NCBI RefSeq assembly: GCF_003725335.1
Contig: NZ_QIBY01000007.1
Coordinates: 50,719 to 114,718 of the forward strand
DNA length: 64,000 nt
Origin: Parvibacter caecicola
Lineage (GTDB): Bacteria; Actinomycetota; Coriobacteriia; Coriobacteriales; Eggerthellaceae
Direction: 5' to 3'
The notes under the pieces are model-generated. The model searched no databases, was not told the origin of the DNA, and worked only from the letters and a program-made list of their open reading frames with translations. A program made the translations under genes and the position numbers. Numbering within the stretch: the stretch's first letter is position 1; each line of letters starts with the position of its first letter. This document shows, piece by piece, positions 56,604 through 64,000 of the stretch.

Positions 56604-58196
56604 TTATTCCCACTCAATAGTCGCGGGCGGCTTGGAGGTGATGTCGTAGACCACTCGGTTCACGCCGGGGACTTCGGCCACTATGCGGCCGCTTACGCGG
56701 GCCAGCACGTCATAGGGCAGGCGGGCCCAGTCGGCGGTCATGGCGTCGCTGCTCTCCACGGCACGCAGGATCACCGGGCGCGCATAGGTGCGCTCGTCGC
56801 CCATCACGCCCACGCTCTTGATGTCCGGCAGCACCGCGAAGTACTGCCACACGCTATGCTCGCTGTTGCGCTCCCCCGTCTCGGCGAACAGCCGCTCGTT
56901 GTAGGCGTCCAGCTCCTCGCGCACAATCGCGTCGGCGTTCTTCAGAATCTCCAGCTTCTCCGGCGTCACATCCCCAATGATGCGGATGGCCAGCCCCGGC
57001 CCCGGGAACGGCTGGCGATGCACGATGTAGTCCGGCAACCCCAGCGCCGTGCCCAGCGCCCGCACCTCGTCCTTAAAGAAATGATCCAGCGGCTCAATCA
57101 AATCGAAATGCACGCCCTCCGGGAACGGAATAAGGTTGTGGTGGCTCTTGATGGTGCTGGCCTTCCCGCCGGTCTTGCGCGCGCCGCTCTCGATGATGTC
57201 CGGGTAAATGGTGCCCTGGGCCAGATACTTCACGCCGTCCAGCTCCTCGGCCACGGCGAAAAACTCCTTCCAGAACTGCGTGCCGATGATCCGCCGCTTC
57301 TCCTCTGGCTCGGTCACCCCCGCCAGCAGCCGCATATAGCGCTCCTCAGCATGCACGTGAATGAAGTCCACATCGAACTGCTTGGTGAAAACCTCTTCCA
57401 CCTCTTCCGGCTCGCCCTTGCGCAGCAGCCCGTGATTCACGAACACGCACACCAGCTGCTTGCCGATGGCCCGCGCGCACAGCGCCGCCACCACACTGGA
57501 GTCAACGCCGCCGGACAGCCCCAAAATCACGCGGCTCTCCCCCACCTTCGCGCGGATGGCCGCCACCGAATCGTCGATGATGGAATCCATCGTCCAATCG
57601 GACACCAACCCGCAAATGCCGAACAGGAAATTCCTCAGCATGGTCTGGCCGAACTCGGTATGGCGCACCTCCGGATGGAACTGCGTGGCGAACAGTTTGC
57701 GCTCGGGGCACTCCATCGACGCCACCGGGCACACCTCGGTGCGCGACGTGATGGCGAAGCCCTCCGGCACCCGCGTCACCGCGTCGCGATGGCTCATCCA
57801 CACCGTCTGCTCGCCCGGCGTGCCGTCGAACAGCGCCGACTCGGCCGCCCGCATAATCACCGCCGGTCCGTACTCGCCCTTCTCGGTATGGCCCACTTCG
57901 CCCCCCAGAGCTACCGCCATGGCCTGCTGCCCATAGCAAAAGCCCAGCACCGGAATGCCCAGTCGCAGCACCTCGGGGTCGATGGAAGGCGCGTCCTCGG
58001 CGTACACGCTCGCAGGCCCGCCGGACAAAATAATGGCCGCCGGCGCCAGTGCCCGCACCTCATCGGCCGTGATGTCGCAGGGCACAATCTCGGAGTACAC
58101 GTGCAAATCACGCACGCGGCGGGCAATCAACTGCCCGTATTGGGCGCCGAAATCGAAAACGAGGACCTTCTGATCGGGCATAGCGGTTTGGCTCAT
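56604..58196 (-). CDS. guaA: GMP synthase (glutamine-hydrolysing)
   Basis: GATase domain (LVFDFGAQYGQLIARRV...CYGQQ), ATP-PPase SGGVDSSV motif, and C-terminus ...PPATIEWE. Start at MSQTAM with a GGAGGG SD. The ORF extends 36 codons further upstream. Confidence 0.95.
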   Translation of the reverse strand: MSQTAMPDQKVLVFDFGAQYGQLIARRVRDLHVYSEIVPCDITADEVRALAPAAIILSGGPASVYAEDAPSIDPEVLRLGIPVLGFCYGQQAMAVALGGEVGHTEKGEYGPAVIMRAAESALFDGTPGEQTVWMSHRDAVTRVPEGFAITSRTEVCPVASMECPERKLFATQFHPEVRHTEFGQTMLRNFLFGICGLVSDWTMDSIIDDSVAAIRAKVGESRVILGLSGGVDSSVVAALCARAIGKQLVCVFVNHGLLRKGEPEEVEEVFTKQFDVDFIHVHAEERYMRLLAGVTEPEEKRRIIGTQFWKEFFAVAEELDGVKYLAQGTIYPDIIESGARKTGGKASTIKSHHNLIPFPEGVHFDLIEPLDHFFKDEVRALGTALGLPDYIVHRQPFPGPGLAIRIIGDVTPEKLEILKNADAIVREELDAYNERLFAETGERNSEHSVWQYFAVLPDIKSVGVMGDERTYARPVILRAVESSDAMTADWARLPYDVLARVSGRIVAEVPGVNRVVYDITSKPPATIEWE

Positions 58197-58312
58197 GGAT
58201 ACCCTCCGGAAATTGAAATCGGAAAACCTCGCCATAATACTACGATTCGCCCCAGCGCCCGCGCTTTCCTCGCACCGGCGGCAAGGCGAATACGTCAAAG
58301 GCAAAGTCGCGC

Positions 58313-59182
58313 TTAGGCCAAATACATCTCCTGCAACTGGCGCCGCGCGTCCGGCGTCACCCCCAGCTGCTCTTCCAAATACTCATCCAGGCCGCCGCAC
58401 TGCTCCCGCACCGCCGCCAGCGCCTCGTCCAGGTAGTCCTCATAGGCGTAGAACACCGCGTCCAAATCCATATCGGCCCGCACCGCCACATGATGGCGCC
58501 CGAACGCATCGGCGATCTTTTCCACCGCGGTCTGGGCAAACAGGTTCGTGGCCAGGTAGTCCTTGCGAATATTCTCCTCGCTCACCCCCAGCGCATGCTC
58601 CACCAGCACCGCCGCCAGGCCCGTGCGGTCCTTCCCCTCGGTACAGTGCCACAGGGTGGCGCCGTCTTCTGCCCTCAGCAGCGCGTCGAACAGCGCCCGG
58701 TAGGCGGCAATGCCCTCGGCCCCCAGCAGGCAACGGGGATACACCTGCCGCACCAGCGGATGCAACCCGCGCGCCACATGCTCCAGCGCCACCGCATCGG
58801 CCGCAATCCCCTGCCCCGGCATCAACCCCACCGAGGCCACGTTGAACACCGGCACATCGAAGAACACCACGCCCTTCATCTGAGATTTCGGGTCGGGCGC
58901 CGCCTTCTTCTCTTCAGGGCTGCGGAAATCGAACACCCGCTGCACCCCGCAGGTGCCCACCAGCCATTCCAGATCGGCCTCGGTGGCGTGGTGCAGGGCA
59001 TCGGTGCGCAGAAGCCGCCCCATCTTGATGGCCCGCCCGTCAGCGGCAGGCATACCACCCAAATCGCGGGCATTCGCCATTCCTGTCAGAGGGATGTGAC
59101 CGAAATTTGGAAACCCCGCAATGGGCGCCGGCCGCTCGATCAGCCCCGGCGTAATCATCTCATCCGCATCGTGCGCGCTCAT
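58313..59182 (-). CDS. Protein-tyrosine phosphatase (CX5R family)
   Basis: HCTEGKDRTG P-loop. Start chosen at MSAHDADEM. Confidence 0.78.
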   Translation of the reverse strand: MSAHDADEMITPGLIERPAPIAGFPNFGHIPLTGMANARDLGGMPAADGRAIKMGRLLRTDALHHATEADLEWLVGTCGVQRVFDFRSPEEKKAAPDPKSQMKGVVFFDVPVFNVASVGLMPGQGIAADAVALEHVARGLHPLVRQVYPRCLLGAEGIAAYRALFDALLRAEDGATLWHCTEGKDRTGLAAVLVEHALGVSEENIRKDYLATNLFAQTAVEKIADAFGRHHVAVRADMDLDAVFYAYEDYLDEALAAVREQCGGLDEYLEEQLGVTPDARRQLQEMYLA

Positions 59183-59388
59183 TTCGCTCTCCTTTCGCCG
59201 CAAAGCAAGTCCAAACCGCCCGCGGCCGCCTGCCCTATTCGCTCCCCCAACCCTAGCACCGCCGCCCCCAAACGCCGCAGCCGTCACCCAAGAGTTTCGA
59301 TTTCTCAAAAACCCCTTGACAGATACCGCTGCATTCCTTATCTTATGAACAGTTGCTCATATGTTGTTAAGTTCATAAAGGAGAACCG

Positions 59389-59793
59389 ATGGGCGCAACC
59401 GCCTCCATAGAAACCCAAGCCCAGCAAGTGGTGGAAACCGCCTGCGCCCAGATGATCGACTGCCCCTGCGGCTGCAATCGCGAGGCCACCACGGCCCTGT
59501 TCCAGGAAATGCCCGACGAAGAGCTGCTGTTCGACGTAGCCGACCTGTTCAAGGCCTTTTCCGATACCACCCGCATCAAAATCCTGTTTGCCCTCATGGG
59601 CGGCGATGCCAGCGTAAACGAGATCACCGCTGCCGTGGGCTGCACCCAAAGCGCCGTCAGCCACCAACTGCGCATCCTGAAGCAGGCGCGCCTGGTGAAG
59701 GCCACCCGCGACGGCAAGAACGTCATCTATTCCCTATCCGACAACCACGTGTTCACGATGCTGGCCCAAGGCATCACCCACGTGTGCGAGTAA
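59389..59793 (+). CDS. ArsR/SmtB-family metal-sensing repressor (CadC-like, Cys-rich N-terminus)
   Basis: HTH region reading FSDTTRIKILFALMGGDASVNEI...SQSAVSHQLRIL, and an N-terminal CPCGC motif. Confidence 0.8.
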   Translation: MGATASIETQAQQVVETACAQMIDCPCGCNREATTALFQEMPDEELLFDVADLFKAFSDTTRIKILFALMGGDASVNEITAAVGCTQSAVSHQLRILKQARLVKATRDGKNVIYSLSDNHVFTMLAQGITHVCE

Positions 59794-59823
59794 TCCCCTC
59801 CCCGTCTGCAGAAAGGACCCCTC

Positions 59824-60051
59824 ATGCGCAAGTCATTCAAACTGGAAAACCTCGGCTGTGCCAACTGCGCCGCGAAAATGGAGCACGACATCAGCCAACT
59901 GCCCGGCGTGAACAATGCCACTATCTCGTTCATGACCTCGAAGCTGATGCTGGACGCCGATGCCTCCACACCGGCCGAGCTTGAGCCCATCGTGGAAGCC
60001 GCCGATGCCATCTGCACCAGCTACGAGAAGGATTGCCACATCCTGCGCTAA
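59824..60051 (+). CDS. Heavy-metal-associated (HMA) domain metallochaperone
   Basis: 75 aa with GCANCAAKMEHDI, a CxxC metal-binding-loop variant. Confidence 0.78.
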   Translation: MRKSFKLENLGCANCAAKMEHDISQLPGVNNATISFMTSKLMLDADASTPAELEPIVEAADAICTSYEKDCHILR

Positions 60052-60527
60052 GCGGAAACGGCGCATCGGGCGTAACCCCGCCCCATCGGCCCACCCTCCA
60101 GGAACGATTAGGCAGAGATAGAATCTCTGCCCTACGAATCCGACCTGCGATGCATCCTGGCTGGGCCGACCCGGCAGGTCGGAGCGAGGTCCGGCCAAGC
60201 GGAGTAGAGGGGAAATCCACTCGCCCGCCAGGGCGAGTTAGTTCCCCTCGTGCGGAGCGTCGAGCGCAGGCCTGCCGGGTCGGCCCACCCTCCTTGAAAC
60301 CTGACATCATCCCCTTCCCTCGTCATGCAATGCAGCTGTGCGGGGGAAGGGCGGGGGTGGTCCAACAAAGCGAGTTCCGCACGACGGAAAAGCGCCGGTG
60401 GCGCTTTTCCCAAAGCAGGACTGTCTGAGCGACTTGGGCTGCCCCCGCCCTTCCCCCTGCTCCAGAAAACCTGACATTATCTCCGTCCCCTGTCATAAGC
60501 TTGTCCCCAACTAGAAAAGGCACTTCC

Positions 60528-62447
<1,920 letters not shown>

Positions 62448-62626
62448 ATCCGCGCAACAAAAGGGAAACCGAAAGAAAACAGGCCCCGCAGTTCACCCTC
62501 CGCCCCCGCCCACGTGGCTATGCTTGTGACTACTAGCCAGCTGATGCGAACGGCTTGCCACGAGCTCGCACGCCCCATGGACAGCTGGCTAAAGCCGCAT
62601 ACACAAACCAGCTAATGGAGGTTGTT

Positions 62627-63865
62627 ATGAAAGACGCCAGGACTGAACTGCGGGACAGCGTAATTGTGCTGGACCACTTTGACCCGAAAGCTTACGAGAA
62701 CGCCGAGCCGCCGCTGGTTTCCATCTATCTGCCCATCCATCGCACCCAGCGGGAAGACCGCCGCGACGAATGGGACATGATTGAGTTCAAAGACCTGAAA
62801 GAAGAGGCGGAGCGCACCCTGCGTAAGAAGTTCCCGAAGGAGGAAGACTGGGCCGGCATTGCCGAGCGCCTGAACTACCTGCTGGAAAAGGAAGACCTGC
62901 CCCTGTGGGTGAACGCCGGCAAGAGCCTGGGGCTGTTCATCACCAACGGCAACGTGTTTGCCTTCAATCTGGAGTTCGACGTGAAACCGGCTGTAGTGGT
63001 GAGCGACACCTTCTACGTGAAGCCGCTGCTGCGCAACTGGCAGTACGGCACCCAGTACTACATCCTGGAGCTGGGCAACGATCGCTTCAGCTGGGTGAAG
63101 GGCAACCGCAACGGCGTGAAGCGCCAGCACTTGCCCCAGGAAGTGCACGATTACTTCTCGCAGCTGTTCGCCAACTCCGACGACACGGTTGCCGACATGC
63201 GCAAGGACGAAGAAGGCGCACTGGACTACATCACGCTTGAGGGCCACCTGTCCCCCTACCACGATCGCAAGTCCCGCAAAGAGGTGTCGCAGGAAGAGTT
63301 TGAGAAGTTCGCCCGCTACGTGAACAAGGCCGTGGACGACTACCTGGTGGACAAAGACACCACCCCCATCATCCTGTGCTGCGCCCCCGAGCATGTGAGC
63401 TTCTTCCGCAAAATCTCTACACTGCGCCACCTGCTGCCGGTGGGCATCGAGAAAGATCCGGCCGGCCTGGACGGCAAAACGCTGTTGGAAGACGCGCTCA
63501 CCATCATGGACGCCCAGCGCGAGGCCAACGTGAAACAGGTGCTGGAGCAATACGCCCTGGACGCCTCGAAGGGCCGCGCCACCGATGACTACAACGCCAT
63601 TGCGCTGGCGCTGCTGGAGCGCAAGGTGGGCGTGCTGCTGGTGCAGGAGGGCAAGGATATTCCCGGCACCTACGACCCCAAGACTGGAGAGATGTTCTTC
63701 GATCCGGCCGGCGACCCCAAAGACGATTTGAATGAAGACCCCGCCAGCCCCGATCTGGTGGACGCATTCGCTCAAGCGGCCTTGGCCCAAGATGCCCACA
63801 TCTACGTGCTGCCGGCCGAAAAGATGCCGGTGGATCGCGGCGTGGCGGCCATCTACCGCTACTAA
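62627..63865 (+). CDS. Hypothetical protein, possibly eRF1/Pelota-like (baeRF-type)
   Basis: C-terminal VLLVQEG...HIYVLP...GVAAIYRY resembles eRF1 domain-3 endings. Strong GGAGG SD. Assignment is tentative. Confidence 0.4.
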   Translation: MKDARTELRDSVIVLDHFDPKAYENAEPPLVSIYLPIHRTQREDRRDEWDMIEFKDLKEEAERTLRKKFPKEEDWAGIAERLNYLLEKEDLPLWVNAGKSLGLFITNGNVFAFNLEFDVKPAVVVSDTFYVKPLLRNWQYGTQYYILELGNDRFSWVKGNRNGVKRQHLPQEVHDYFSQLFANSDDTVADMRKDEEGALDYITLEGHLSPYHDRKSRKEVSQEEFEKFARYVNKAVDDYLVDKDTTPIILCCAPEHVSFFRKISTLRHLLPVGIEKDPAGLDGKTLLEDALTIMDAQREANVKQVLEQYALDASKGRATDDYNAIALALLERKVGVLLVQEGKDIPGTYDPKTGEMFFDPAGDPKDDLNEDPASPDLVDAFAQAALAQDAHIYVLPAEKMPVDRGVAAIYRY

Positions 63866-63892
63866 TCTGCGCGCGACATAACGCTAACCGAA

Positions 63893-63922
63893 AAGCGGGA
63901 ACTTCGGTTCCCGCTTTTTTGC
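63893..63922 (+). terminator. Rho-independent terminator
   Basis: AGCGGGAAC-ttcg-GTTCCCGCT stem followed by TTTTTT. Confidence 0.7.
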
Positions 63923-63943
63923 GTGTCGGGGGGCTGACGGGGG

Positions 63944-64000
63944 GACGGGGGTAACGTCATATGGGGGCGCCGTGCGCCCCCATATGACGTTACCCCCGTC
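63944..64000. repeat. Perfect 27-bp inverted repeat (GACGGGGGTAACGTCATATGGGGGCGC / reverse complement) around a 3-nt centre, truncated by the window end
   Basis: Seen directly. Confidence 0.6.

Noticed and set aside
56598-58316. 572-aa plus-strand ORF
   Set aside because: Antisense to guaA.

Overview
High-GC chromosome segment, Actinobacteria-like and possibly Coriobacteriia. The 5' third is ordinary core: a fatty-acid synthesis cluster (fabD-fabK-acpP on the minus strand, divergent from fabH), and a complete kdpFABC-kdpDE potassium-uptake locus on the minus strand that includes a 30-codon kdpF absent from the ORF track. Further core genes are small regulator/membrane-partner pairs (GntR+DUF1648, PadR+DUF1700, LytTR+DUF3021), an XRE-zinc-ribbon/ECF sigma/anti-sigma/ABC exporter module, beta-carbonic anhydrase, a GNAT and a VanZ-RDD protein. 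From about 23.6 kb to 56.6 kb the GC content and codon usage change, and the region reads as an accretion of horizontally acquired DNA at the 3' end of guaA (GMP synthase, 56604..58196 minus). Three copies of a short sequence encoding the GuaA C-terminus (I/V-E-W-E-stop) occur at 56.6, 44.8 and 37.15 kb. The two rightmost junctions each carry TGAGT[AT]CAA triple repeats that look like integrase arm-type sites. This argues for tandem integrative elements. The rightmost element (44.8-56.6 kb) has XRE, xis, tyrosine integrase, MobC-like protein, AAA ATPase, a serine resolvase preceded by three 50-bp tandem repeats, a Ppl-like PHP-ATPase, an Abi_2/HEPN protein, and a tightly coupled SPFH/membrane/DUF1413-like/zinc-ribbon-TPR four-gene operon. 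The middle element (37.15-44.8 kb) has a frameshifted DUF1648 gene, a HigB/HigA-like toxin-antitoxin pair, an AT-rich 1113-aa orphan protein, and a 29-codon integrase remnant truncated by an IS256-family element. The left block carries an orphan defence-type reverse transcriptase. It also carries a translationally coupled five-gene operon: SNF2 helicase, DUF4391, Type III Mod-like N6-adenine methyltransferase, Type III Res-like helicase-nuclease, and an extra PD-(D/E)xK-like protein. That operon is the most interesting candidate for an under-characterised defence system. Downstream of guaA the core resumes: tyrosine phosphatase, ArsR/CadC-like regulator, HMA metallochaperone, a Cd/Zn P1B-ATPase with an unusually structured duplicated 5' region, and an eRF1-like (baeRF-type) hypothetical. 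I recognised no tRNA, rRNA or CRISPR array.
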